From the NCBI GenBank assembly GCA_965223855.1, contig CBDCXM010000009.1, positions 2,240,001 through 2,304,000 of the forward strand: a DNA stretch of 64,000 nucleotides, given 5' to 3'. The stretch is from Candidatus Multivoradales bacterium. GTDB taxonomy: Bacteria; Acidobacteriota; Thermoanaerobaculia; Multivoradales; JAHEKO01. The position numbers and the translations under genes were made by a program. This document shows, in pieces, positions 7,996 to 19,139 of this stretch (positions within the stretch are counted from its first letter, which is position 1; each line of letters opens with the position of its first letter). A model generated the notes under the pieces. It did no database searches. It saw only the letters and a list, made by a program, of their open reading frames with translations, and was not told where the DNA came from.

Positions 7996-9990
7996 GTGAC
8001 GTCCGACAACACCGTTCGGCTGACGCCCGGCAAGAGGGTTCTCTTCCTCACCAAGGATCCGGAGCTGATCCGGCGCCAGCTCGCCGGCGAGCTCGATCTT
8101 TCGATGCGCGACCTGTCAGTCGACGACCTGCTCGACGACATCAACACGGACGCGATGACCCCTGCCTGGGTCTGCTTCTCGCACCGGCCGGAGGACATCG
8201 CCCGGGACGCCTACGCCGGGTTGATCGTCGATGGCGAGCGCCTCTTCGAGCGCGACGCCCTCGCCAACGGCAACTTCGAGGTGATCGTCTCGGGTTACCG
8301 CAAGGGGGTCGGCAGCTCGCGCGAGACGGCCGTGCAGGCGGAGAAGTGGTCCGGGATCCGGATCGCCGTGGCCGCCTCGTTCGCACCCATCCATGCGGCG
8401 AACAACATCAATCAGGGCGTCCTGATGGCCGATCACGCCATGCTCGAGCGGCTCGAGGGGGGAGAGGAGATCGAGCTCGAGGAGTTCTGCCGTGACTTCG
8501 ACCCGATCACCCGGCTGATCGTGCATGCGGGGGGGCTTTTCCCGTTCGCTCGCGCGGTGGCCGACAGCTCGCTCGAGTTGCCGGTGAGCGAGACCGGGGA
8601 GCGCCCGATGACGATGGCGGAGAAGATCCTCGCCCGGCACCGCGTCGGCGAGGGCTCGCGCTGCGTGAAGCCCGGCGACTCGCTGGTCGTGAGCGTCGAT
8701 GGCGGCTACTCGCACGAGTTCACCACCGCCCAGGTGCATCACTTTCTGCAGCAGGAGCACGGCGAGGGCTATCGACTTACGGATCCGGAGCGGTTCGCCG
8801 TTTTCGAGGATCACCTCATCTACGCCGACGACGTGCCGCGGATGGCTCCCTTCCTCGACAAGATCGAGACCCTGCGCCGGCTGCAGCGCGAGTTCCAGCG
8901 ACACACCGGCGTGCAGGATTTCTCGGCGCGCGACGGGGTCTCGCCCGGCATCTGTCACGAGGTGGCGCGCGACCAGCTCGTCTCGCCGGGGCAGTTCGTG
9001 CAGGCGACCGACTCCCACACCTGCATGGGGGGCTGCAACAACGCCCTCACCTGGGGGGTCGGCGCCACCGAGTACGCGAGTCTCGTCTACTCCGGCTTCA
9101 CGACGGTCGAGGTCCCCGAGTCGATTCGCTTCGAACTCGTCGGGGAGCTGGCGGACGGGGTCACCGCCAAGGACCTGATGCTCTACATCCTGCTCGAGTA
9201 CGCGCGGCCGCAGAAGACGCTCAACCGGGTCATGGAGTTCACCGGGCCCGGCGTGCGGACGCTATCGATGGACGAGCGGGCGACCCTCACCAACATGGCG
9301 ACCGAATGTTCGGCGCGCACCGCGATTGTCGAGGCGGACGAAGAGACCTTCGCCTGGCTGGCGCGGCAGCGGCCCGGGATCGACGTCGACGGGCTGCGCG
9401 CCGGTGCGGTTTCGCCCGATGCCGGCGCCGAGTACGCCGGCGGCGTCCACTCGATCGACCTGTCGTCGATCCGTCCGATGGTGGCCCACCCCGGCGACCC
9501 CGATCGCGGCATCCCGTCCGATCCGACCAACGGCGCCTACGTCGACGATCTGGGCGAAGTGCCGATCGACATCGCCTACGGCGGGAGTTGCACCGCCGGC
9601 AAGATCGACGATCTGCGCTTCTACCACCGCGTCGTGCGCGAGGCGATCGACGCCGGACGGACGGTGCCCGAGGACGTTCGCTTCCTCATCCAGTTCGGCT
9701 CGCGCGACGTCGAGGACTACTGCCGCGAGGCCGGTTTCCTCGAGGACTTCGCCGCCGCCGGAGTGCAGCTCATCCGTCCCGGCTGCGGAGCCTGCATCGG
9801 ATGCGGCCCCGGAGTCTCGGAGAACGAGCAGCAGGTCACGGTCTCGGCGATCAACCGGAACTACAAGGGGCGCTCCGGCCCCGGCAAGCTCTTCCTCGCT
9901 TCCCCTCTGACGGTCGCCGCGAGCGCGTTCGCCGGCCGGATCACGCCGTATCGCAGCGGCATGTTCGAGAGAGTGACGGCAGCGACTTGA
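7996..9990 (+). CDS. Aconitase-superfamily dehydratase, fused swivel (LeuD-like) + [4Fe-4S] large (LeuC-like) domains
   Basis: DDINTDAMTP and GVGSSRETA (swivel); TMAEKIL, GICHE, TDSHT, GGSCTAG, PGCGACIG, NRNYKGR, LASP. An extended -10 (TGGTACGAT, 7934-7942) favours GTG 7996 over 7933. Confidence 0.85.
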   Translation: MTSDNTVRLTPGKRVLFLTKDPELIRRQLAGELDLSMRDLSVDDLLDDINTDAMTPAWVCFSHRPEDIARDAYAGLIVDGERLFERDALANGNFEVIVSGYRKGVGSSRETAVQAEKWSGIRIAVAASFAPIHAANNINQGVLMADHAMLERLEGGEEIELEEFCRDFDPITRLIVHAGGLFPFARAVADSSLELPVSETGERPMTMAEKILARHRVGEGSRCVKPGDSLVVSVDGGYSHEFTTAQVHHFLQQEHGEGYRLTDPERFAVFEDHLIYADDVPRMAPFLDKIETLRRLQREFQRHTGVQDFSARDGVSPGICHEVARDQLVSPGQFVQATDSHTCMGGCNNALTWGVGATEYASLVYSGFTTVEVPESIRFELVGELADGVTAKDLMLYILLEYARPQKTLNRVMEFTGPGVRTLSMDERATLTNMATECSARTAIVEADEETFAWLARQRPGIDVDGLRAGAVSPDAGAEYAGGVHSIDLSSIRPMVAHPGDPDRGIPSDPTNGAYVDDLGEVPIDIAYGGSCTAGKIDDLRFYHRVVREAIDAGRTVPEDVRFLIQFGSRDVEDYCREAGFLEDFAAAGVQLIRPGCGACIGCGPGVSENEQQVTVSAINRNYKGRSGPGKLFLASPLTVAASAFAGRITPYRSGMFERVTAAT

Positions 9991-11015
9991 CGTCACAGGG
10001 ACGTTCCTTCGGGCTTCTGGCGCGGTCGCGGCGCGGAGAGCTCACGGAATCATGGCACTTCGGAGCGGTCGCCGTCGTGCGACCCGACGGGGAACTCGAG
10101 GCGTCGGTGGGAGACCCCGCCCAACCGGCGTTCCTGCGGTCGGCCGCCAAGCCGATGCAGGCGGTCGCGATGCTCACGGCGGGCCTCGAGGACGACGGCA
10201 TCGCCGATGCGGATCTCGCTCTAGCCTGCGCCTCGCACGGCGGTTTCGACGTCCACGTCGATCGCGTCGCCGCCTGGCTCGGCGAAATGGGTCTCGAGGT
10301 CGGAGCGCTCAAGTGCGGAGCCCACCCGCCGCTCGACGAGGCGTCGAAGCGGCTCCTCGAGGCTTCGGGTGAGGTGGCCACGGCGCTCCACAACAACTGC
10401 TCGGGGAAGCATGCGGCGATGCTCCGCACCTGTCAGGTGCGTGGCTGGCCGCTCGCAGCGTACGTCGACGACTCACATCCCCTCCAGAGCCGCATCGCGG
10501 CGGCGGTCGATCGGTTCTGCGGAACGTCGCCCGGCGCCATCGCGAGGGCGACCGACGGTTGCGGAGTACCGACGTTTCGAGCGCCTCTGGCCGCTGCGGC
10601 GACCGCGTACGCGCGCCTCGCCGCACCGGAGTCGTTGGGCGATGAGAACGATCGACGACTCGCCGATCGTGTCTATGGCGCCATGACCGCGCATCCCGAG
10701 AGGGTCGCCGGGCCGGGGAGGTTCAGCACCCGACTCATGGAGGTCGGGGGAGGAGCCCTGCTGGGTAAGGAAGGGGCGGACGGCTTCTATGCGATCGCGC
10801 TGCGCTCGCCCCGCCCGCTGGGCGTGGCGCTCAAGATCGCAGACGGGACCGAGGTGTGCCGCGACGGCGTGGTGCTCGAGGTCCTCCGTCAACTCGGTGC
10901 TCTCGATGCCGCACAACTCGGCGAGCTCGAGGCGTTCCGCGTTCCTGTGCGCAGGAGCTGCGCCGGAGCTCAGGTCGGAGACGTCCAGCCGGTCGTGGAG
11001 TTGAAGCGCTCATGA
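9987..11015 (+). CDS. L-asparaginase II family protein
   Basis: LRSAAKPMQA, CASHGG, HNNCSGKHAAML, DGCGVP, GKEGADG; the TTG start overlaps the aconitase stop. Confidence 0.88.
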   Translation: MTSQGRSFGLLARSRRGELTESWHFGAVAVVRPDGELEASVGDPAQPAFLRSAAKPMQAVAMLTAGLEDDGIADADLALACASHGGFDVHVDRVAAWLGEMGLEVGALKCGAHPPLDEASKRLLEASGEVATALHNNCSGKHAAMLRTCQVRGWPLAAYVDDSHPLQSRIAAAVDRFCGTSPGAIARATDGCGVPTFRAPLAAAATAYARLAAPESLGDENDRRLADRVYGAMTAHPERVAGPGRFSTRLMEVGGGALLGKEGADGFYAIALRSPRPLGVALKIADGTEVCRDGVVLEVLRQLGALDAAQLGELEAFRVPVRRSCAGAQVGDVQPVVELKRS

Positions 11016-11494
11016 ACCGGATCGGGTCGGCCGTCCGCGGTGGCGTCGCCGGGATCGCCCTGCTGGCTCTCGCCCTCGCCGGTTCCGCCTGCGCGGGGCG
11101 TGGCGAGATCGCTACCGCGGATCTGCCGCTGCGGCTGGTGAAGCCCGGTGTGGCCTCGGAGATCCTGCTCGACGCGCCGGAAGTGCTGATCCTCGACGTC
11201 CGAAGTCCGTCGGAGTTCGCCTCCACCTCGGGGCGTCTGGAGACGGCTCTCAACCTGCCGCACTCGGACCTCGAGGCGATGATCACCGATCTGAGCATCG
11301 ACCCCGAGTCGACGATCCTCGTCTACGGCGGCGACGGCGGCGAGGCCCAGCGCTCGGCCGCTCGGACGCTCCATGCCATGGGGTTCCGTTTCGTCTTCGT
11401 GATCAAGAACGGGCTCGAGGGGTGGCTGAGTGCCGGATTCCCCGTCGAGGTGGAAGAGACGGGCACGGGCCGCCCGACAGCAGCGGTCGAGTAG
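11012..11494 (+). CDS. Rhodanese-like domain lipoprotein (active-site Cys absent)
   Basis: Lipobox-like LAGSAC, ILDVRSPSEF, ALNLP, GLEGW..AGFPV; the active loop reads YGGDGG. Confidence 0.75.
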   Translation: MNRIGSAVRGGVAGIALLALALAGSACAGRGEIATADLPLRLVKPGVASEILLDAPEVLILDVRSPSEFASTSGRLETALNLPHSDLEAMITDLSIDPESTILVYGGDGGEAQRSAARTLHAMGFRFVFVIKNGLEGWLSAGFPVEVEETGTGRPTAAVE

Positions 11495-11546
11495 GCGGCT
11501 TCGACTGCTGCGCCGTGGCCTTCTGCCTGGCGCTCTGAGGGTGGCG

Positions 11547-11900
11547 TCAGGCGGCGAAGCCGAGCGCGGTCAGGGTTTCGCGGTCGGACGCCGGGACGCG
11601 GTCGAACATCAGACCCGCTTCGACCAGTTCGTTCTGAACCGGCCTCTGGTGCACCACGGTGGCCTCGGCATGCACGATCTGTGAGCCGAGCGCGAGCTCG
11701 AGGTGAAGCTGATCGCCGATCGTCAGGGCACGGTCGGACTCGAGGCGCAGACCGCCGGCGCCGATGTCGAGGGTTCTTGCGAGCGATGTGAGCGGCTCGG
11801 CAGGCACTCCGGAGATCATGCGGGCGAAGCTCAGGATGTGCTGGGCCGGTACCCGTGGGAACCGGCGCTTCTCGTCCGTGCGAACGGCCTGGGTCGTCAC
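11547..11900 (-). CDS. Stand-alone PilZ-domain (c-di-GMP-binding) protein
   Basis: EKRRFPRV (RxxxR) and DIGAGG (D/NxSxxG-like); GTG at 11900. Confidence 0.8.
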   Translation of the reverse strand: MTTQAVRTDEKRRFPRVPAQHILSFARMISGVPAEPLTSLARTLDIGAGGLRLESDRALTIGDQLHLELALGSQIVHAEATVVHQRPVQNELVEAGLMFDRVPASDRETLTALGFAA

Positions 11901-12034
11901 GGAACCACCGTCAGCCAACCCGCCGGGTCGGCTGGCTCTCCCTCGATGTTCACGGGACCGGATGGGCACCGGATGAATTGATACATGGCGCTGAGCTGGA
12001 TTGTAACGCCGTGCCCCCCGGGCGGGGGTGTGAC

Positions 12035-14323
12035 CTATTCCGCAATGGGAGCTCCGAGCAGCTCCCGCGGGATGCCGAATCCTGCGACGAGATCGGCGGC
12101 ACCGGGGCGGATCTCGCGGCACAGCCGACGGACCTCCCGCCGCACCGCCTTGGCCTTGCCGCTCTCGAGGTAGCCGTGCTCCTGAAACCAGCCGCGGTCG
12201 GCCTCGATGCGGTGGAGGGCGAAGAGGGTCGCGAGCTTCTCGAGGCTCGCGACGATCGCGGGATCACCGGCCTCCGCGAGCCCGTGCCGGAACTGTGTAT
12301 GCACGTGCCGCTCGACGTGCGCCCGGGCCAGCGAGACGGCGTGGTCCTGACACTCGACGAGGGCGGTGAAGCTGTCCACACCCTTCTGGATGCGGCTGCG
12401 TAGGCGCCTGCCGAGTGTGCTCAGCAGGTGCTGCTCGCGCCAGGTGAGCGCTTCCTCGAGGAAGTCGGCGGAGCGCAGGTGCTCCGGTGCGGTGTTGCGG
12501 GTAACGATCGGGTTGAGCTCGGCCACGGTGGCGCCGGCGCGCGCCGCGGCGAAGCGCAGCATGTCGAGGAAGCTCATGTCTCCGAACTGCTTGCGATAGG
12601 CGGTGAGCAGCCCCTTGGCGAGGAGCTGCATGAGCACGGTGTTGTCGCCCTCGAAGGTCGTGAAGACATCGGTGTCCGCCTTGAGCGAGGCGAACCGGTT
12701 CTCCGCCAGATAGCCCTGTCCGCCGCACGCCTCGCGACACGCCTGGATGGTGTCGGTGGCGTGCCAGGTGGCGACCGCCTTGAGACCGGCGGCGAGTCCT
12801 TCGAGCTCGCGCCGATCCTCGTTCGCGTCGAGGTAGCGCTGTGCAAGGTCGCGCAACGCGAAGTGCAGCGCGTAGGTGGTGGCGAGTCGGGGCAGGAGTC
12901 TCAGCTGGTGCGTCGTGTAGTCGAGCAGTGTCGTCTCGGCGCCCCCGGCGGGGCCGAACTGGCGCCGGCGCTCGGCGTAGCGAACGGCGATCGTCATCGC
13001 AGACCGGGTGGCGGCGAGCCCGGCCGAGGCAACGCTCACGCGGCCACCGACCAGGGTGCCAAGCATGGTGAAGAAGCGCTTCGACGGACTCGCGATCGGG
13101 CTCGTGTAGTTGCCGTCGGCGTCGACCTGGGCGAAGCGATCGAGCAGGTTCTCCCGCGGTACGCGGACGTGATCGAACATCAGTCGGCCGTTGTCGACGC
13201 CGTTGAGGCCGAGCTTGCGACCGCAGTCGGTGATCTCGATTCCGGGCAGGGCGGCGCCGTCGTCGTCGCGGATCGGGACGACGAACGCATGCACACCGTA
13301 GCCGACGCCGTCGATCTCGAGCTGCGCGAAGACGGTGGCGCATCGTCCGTGCGCCGCCGCGTTGCCGATGTAGTCCTTGCGCGCCGACGGGGTGGGGGAG
13401 TGGAGAACGAACGTGTCACTCTCGCGGTCGAACGTGGCGACGGTCTCGAGCTCGGCGACGTTCGAGCCGTGACCGGTTTCGGTCATGGCGAAGCAGCCCG
13501 GCAGCGCGAGCGTCGATGCCCGCTCGAGGTAGCGCTCGTGGTGCCTCTCGGTGCCGAGCTGGTGAAGGCTCCCGGCAAAGAGGCCGAACTGGACGCCGAA
13601 CTTGACGACCAGCGACAGATCGTGGCCGGCGAGAGTCTCGAAGGCGGCGAGGAAGGCGCCAGGGTCGTCGCCTCCACCGAAGCGGCGCGGAAAGCCGAGG
13701 GCACCGTACCCCTCGTCGGCCAGCCGGTGGCACCAGCCGAGCACCCGTTCGCGCTCCTCGGCCGTCGACAGGTCATAGCGGTAGGCGAACTCGTCGGTCG
13801 ACAGGAGCCGGCGAAGCTCGCGTCGCAGTTCACCGTAAGGCTCGTCGAGGAAGCGCCGGAGAGACCCGACGTCGAGCGGCGCCTCTTCCTCTTCCTCTCC
13901 AGCTGCGACCCCGTCACCCACCAAGCGCCGGGCCGCCTCGTCACTGACGACGCCGAGTGCCCCGGCGAGGCGATCGAGCGCCTCGAGCTCTGCGGACGTG
14001 GGCTCGTGGCCGTCGGCCCGCGCGAGGCGCTTCCCGAGCTCGTGCAGGCTCACCTTTTCGTCTGCCCCCCAGCCGGCTGCGGCACGCTCGATCGTCGTCA
14101 ACATCGCCCGCAGCTCGACTGCGCTGGGCGGCCTCTCGGGGTCGAGCCAGCGTCCGAGTCCGGCCTGACAATCGCTATCGAGATGAGGGGCGATAGCGGC
14201 ACAGATCTCCTCGATCTCCTGGTCCGAGAGATCGCCGTCCGCCCAGGCGACGTAGATCAGCGGCAGAAAGGTGCGCAGCCGGCTGGGAAGCTGCGCAGGA
14301 TCTTCGATGTCGGGTGCGCTCAT
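12035..14323 (-). CDS. Acyl-CoA oxidase/dehydrogenase with N-terminal TerB-like domain
   Basis: GCFAMTETGHGSNV, KLGLNGVDNG, CREACGGQGY, TFEGDNTVL; N-terminal YVAWADGDLSDQE; SD GGAG before ATG 14323. Confidence 0.85.
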   Translation of the reverse strand: MSAPDIEDPAQLPSRLRTFLPLIYVAWADGDLSDQEIEEICAAIAPHLDSDCQAGLGRWLDPERPPSAVELRAMLTTIERAAAGWGADEKVSLHELGKRLARADGHEPTSAELEALDRLAGALGVVSDEAARRLVGDGVAAGEEEEEAPLDVGSLRRFLDEPYGELRRELRRLLSTDEFAYRYDLSTAEERERVLGWCHRLADEGYGALGFPRRFGGGDDPGAFLAAFETLAGHDLSLVVKFGVQFGLFAGSLHQLGTERHHERYLERASTLALPGCFAMTETGHGSNVAELETVATFDRESDTFVLHSPTPSARKDYIGNAAAHGRCATVFAQLEIDGVGYGVHAFVVPIRDDDGAALPGIEITDCGRKLGLNGVDNGRLMFDHVRVPRENLLDRFAQVDADGNYTSPIASPSKRFFTMLGTLVGGRVSVASAGLAATRSAMTIAVRYAERRRQFGPAGGAETTLLDYTTHQLRLLPRLATTYALHFALRDLAQRYLDANEDRRELEGLAAGLKAVATWHATDTIQACREACGGQGYLAENRFASLKADTDVFTTFEGDNTVLMQLLAKGLLTAYRKQFGDMSFLDMLRFAAARAGATVAELNPIVTRNTAPEHLRSADFLEEALTWREQHLLSTLGRRLRSRIQKGVDSFTALVECQDHAVSLARAHVERHVHTQFRHGLAEAGDPAIVASLEKLATLFALHRIEADRGWFQEHGYLESGKAKAVRREVRRLCREIRPGAADLVAGFGIPRELLGAPIAE

Positions 14324-14411
14324 CTCGCTCCTCCGGAGGGGTCCGGGACGATCGTACATGCCCGTCGAGAGGGCTTCTGGGTCGTCTGGCCTCTGATAGC
14401 CTGCGCGCCCT

Positions 14412-15286
14412 ATGAGCGACTCCACTCTCATTCGAATCGCGCACAGTCCGGACTCGGATGACGCGTTCATGTTCTACGCCCTGACACAGGGGCTGCTCGA
14501 CACCGAAGGGCTCGAGGTCACCCACGTCCTGCGTGACATCGAGACCCTCAACCAGGCGGCGTTCGAAGGCACCTACGAGATCACGGCGTTGTCGATCCAC
14601 GGCTACGCCTACCTCGCCGATCGCTACGCCCTGATGCCTTCCGGGGCGAGCTTCGGCGACGGCTACGGGCCGGTCGTCGTGGCGAGGGAGGGGATGACGC
14701 GAGAGGAGCTGGCCGGCCGCGAGGTCGCCATTCCGGGCGAGCTGACGACGGCTCACCTGGCGCTGCGCCTCTGGCAGCCGGACGTCCGCACGCGGATCGT
14801 TCCCTTCGACGAGATCCTCGACGTCGTCGAGGCCGGAGAGGTGCCGGCCGGCGTCGTCATCCACGAGGGGCAGCTCACCTACCAGGAGCAGGGGCTCACC
14901 AAGGTTCTCGACCTCGGAGAGTGGTGGCAGGGTGAGACCGGTGGTCCTCTGCCGCTCGGCGGCAACGGGATCCGCAAGGATCTCGACCCGGAGCTTCAGC
15001 TGCGCCTGTGCTCGCTCCTGCGCCAGAGCATCGACTATGCGCTCGAGCATCGTGAGGAGGCGCTCGGCTACGCCGTCCGCTACGCCCGGGGCATCGAAGA
15101 CGATCCGGTCCGCTCGGATCGCTTCGTCGGGATGTACGTCAACGAGTGGACACAGGACTACGGCGAGGCCGGTCGCACTGCGGTGCAGCAGCTGCTCGAC
15201 CGCGGCTTCGAAGCGGGAGTGCTCGATCGCCAGGTCGAGGCCGAGTTCGTCGGTGTGGCCGAAGCGATGACCGAAGGGAGCCCATC

Positions 15287-15290
<4 letters not shown>
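14412..15290 (+). CDS. mqnD: MqnD-family menaquinone (futalosine pathway) enzyme
   Basis: [44 protein letters not shown]. Confidence 0.8.
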
Positions 15291-16531
<1,241 letters not shown>

Positions 16532-16588
16532 GTCCGGCCGGGTGCAACTCCCGGCCCGGCCCGGCGTACATGGGGGCAGGGGTTCGCT

Positions 16589-18994
16589 GTGAGTTGGAAA
16601 GCACTGATCGGCTGGATTGCGCTGGGGGTGGCGGCTGCCGCCTCCTTCGTCGCTCTTTTCCCCAGTCTGCTGCCGTTCGAGCCGGCGCGCTGGCAGATCG
16701 ACAGGTCGACCGCCGAGGCGATCGCCCTCGAGAGAGCCGCGGATCTCGGCGACGTGCCGGTCCCGGCGACCGTCGTCGTCACCCGCGAGTCGTGGAACTC
16801 GGTCGCCCTGCGGCTTCGTGAGTCGCAGCGCGAGGGAGTGCCGATCGAGCGTCTTCGAGAGAGTCGCGCCGCCGATCTCGTGCGTGTCTGGCAGGTTTCG
16901 GTTCACGACGACGTCTCGCCGAGTTCCCGATGGAGTCATCGAGTGCGTCTTTCGGCCGAGGGGCAGGTGCTGCAACTCGAGCGGCAGGTGAGCGACTCGG
17001 AGGCGCGCGGACTTCTCGATCCGACCCAGGCGCGCGCCCGTGCCGATCGGCTGCTCGAGAGCCATGGCTACGAGCCGGCTTCCTACGGCGAGCCGGACCT
17101 GCGGGTGCTCGAGCTCGAGAACCGCACCGACACGCTGCTGCGATACGTCGATCAGAACACCCCCTTCGGCGAGGAGGTGCGCTCCGGTCTCGAGGTGCGC
17201 TTCGCGGGCGATCAGTTGCTGGGGTTCGACACCTGGTTCGACGACGAGCGCAAGGACGAGTTCCTGGCGCCGTTGCGAGGCGCCAACCTCCTCGAACAGG
17301 GGTGGGTGTTCCTGCCGATCCTGCTCCTTCCCCTGGTAGCGGTACCGTTCGTCCGCCGCTACCACGCCGGCAAGATCGGCGTGCAGCAGGGGCTGAGGAT
17401 CGCGGGGGTCGTCCTCGTCAGCGGGCTGGCCGCCGCGTTCGCGACAGCCAAGGGAATCTCCGCCGACGCCAGCTTCGGCGGCCTGTCGAAGCCCCAGGTG
17501 ATCGTCGCCATCATGTTCCAGTTCAGCGTCGTCTTCTACTTCCCGATGGCGCTGCTGGCGTTCCTGAGCTGGTCGGTGGGCGAGTCGCTCTGTCGCGAGA
17601 AGTGGGGGCACAAGCTCGCGGGCTTCGACGCTCTCTTCCGCGGCGCCTGGAACAACGCCACGTTCGCCCGGGCTGCGCTGCGCGGCGTCGCCTGCGGATT
17701 CGTCATCCTCGCGCTTTTCGGCGGCGCCCTGCGTCTCCTTGGAGAGCGCGTGGTCGCCTTCGGCCTCGGCATGGCGGGGCCGGGCTGGGACAGCGTCCAG
17801 TGGGTGTTCGTGCCGACCCTGGCGTTCGGGCTGGCGTACGCCCTCTACAGTGCCCTCTTCGGCCAGTTGTTCCTCGTGACCTGGCTGGCCAGGCGGCTCG
17901 GTCGGGTCGGCGGCCCGGTGGCGGCGGCCGCCCTGGGGGCGCTGTGCTTCTTCCCGGTGGCGTCGGTCTTCCCGCTGCCGGCGACCTTTGCGCTCGGGTT
18001 TCTCGTCTACGGCGGCCTGGTGCTGGTGTTCCTCAAGTACGGCATCTTCGCCGGGGTGATGGCGCAACTGACGATCACCCTGATGCCCGCGGCCGCCCGT
18101 CTCTACACGGCGGGACACTCGACGATGGAGCTCAACGCCGCCCTGCTGCTGCTGGCCGTCCTCGCGCCGCTGCTGCTGAGTTTCAAGCACATCCTCAGCA
18201 ACCGCGAGTTCGTCTACCGCTACGACGACGTCCCCAAGCACGTGCGCCAGATCGCCGAGCGGGAACGTCAGAAGGTCGAGCTCGAGACCGCCCGGGGGAT
18301 CCAGTCGTCGATCCTCCCCGAGCTGCCTCCGGAGCTCAACGGGGTCAAGCTGGCCCACCGCTACCGGCCCGCCTCCGAAGTGGGCGGTGACTTCTACGAC
18401 GTGCTCGCTCTCGAGGACGGCCGACTCGCCATCGCCGTCGGCGACGTCGCCGGACACGGGGTATCGAGCGGGCTCGTCATGTCGATGGCGAAGTCCGCGC
18501 TCGCCGTCCAGGTGACGTTCGACCCCGAGGTCGAGTCGGTCTTCCGCACGGTCAACAAGATGGTCTTCCAGAGCGCCCGCAAGCGCCTGCTGACGACGCT
18601 GTGTTACGCGCTGATCGACCCGCGGGAGCGGGAGATGTACTTCGCGAGTGCGGGACACCTCTTCCCCTACCGGGTCTCCTCGACCGGCAGGGTGGAGGCG
18701 CTCGAGTCGATCTCATACCCGCTGGGGGTACGCGACACGATCGACGTGCGCACGCGGGCGGCGAAGCTCGACAGTGGCGACAAGCTCTTCCTCTACAGCG
18801 ACGGAGTGGTGGAAGCCAGTCCCGAGGGATCGGTGGAGCTCTTCGGTTTCGAGCGGCTCGAGGAGAGCCTCGAGCGCCATGCCACCTCCGACGTCAGGGG
18901 GATGAGAGACGGTGTTCTCGGAGATCTCGAGGCGTTCGTAGGCCGCCGCCAGCTCGACGACGATCTCACCGTGCTGGTCCTCGAAGTCCCCTGA
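16589..18994 (+). CDS. Membrane-anchored PP2C/SpoIIE-family Ser/Thr phosphatase with periplasmic and multi-TM input region
   Basis: ELETARGIQ..ILP, EVGGDFYD, GDVAGHG, SAGH, LYSDGVVE, DDLT; multiple hydrophobic segments. Confidence 0.88.
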   Translation: MSWKALIGWIALGVAAAASFVALFPSLLPFEPARWQIDRSTAEAIALERAADLGDVPVPATVVVTRESWNSVALRLRESQREGVPIERLRESRAADLVRVWQVSVHDDVSPSSRWSHRVRLSAEGQVLQLERQVSDSEARGLLDPTQARARADRLLESHGYEPASYGEPDLRVLELENRTDTLLRYVDQNTPFGEEVRSGLEVRFAGDQLLGFDTWFDDERKDEFLAPLRGANLLEQGWVFLPILLLPLVAVPFVRRYHAGKIGVQQGLRIAGVVLVSGLAAAFATAKGISADASFGGLSKPQVIVAIMFQFSVVFYFPMALLAFLSWSVGESLCREKWGHKLAGFDALFRGAWNNATFARAALRGVACGFVILALFGGALRLLGERVVAFGLGMAGPGWDSVQWVFVPTLAFGLAYALYSALFGQLFLVTWLARRLGRVGGPVAAAALGALCFFPVASVFPLPATFALGFLVYGGLVLVFLKYGIFAGVMAQLTITLMPAAARLYTAGHSTMELNAALLLLAVLAPLLLSFKHILSNREFVYRYDDVPKHVRQIAERERQKVELETARGIQSSILPELPPELNGVKLAHRYRPASEVGGDFYDVLALEDGRLAIAVGDVAGHGVSSGLVMSMAKSALAVQVTFDPEVESVFRTVNKMVFQSARKRLLTTLCYALIDPREREMYFASAGHLFPYRVSSTGRVEALESISYPLGVRDTIDVRTRAAKLDSGDKLFLYSDGVVEASPEGSVELFGFERLEESLERHATSDVRGMRDGVLGDLEAFVGRRQLDDDLTVLVLEVP

Positions 18995-19139
18995 TCCAGG
19001 GCCTGATCAAAGGACGGGCGCTCTGCTAGACTGAGCGTTCTTTCGCCGGCCGTCCAGGCCGCGCCCAGGTTCGTCGCTCCGCCGTCGCTCACGGCCTGCG
19101 GAGGGCGTCCCGCCCGCATCCACCCCAGGAGGACGAAGT

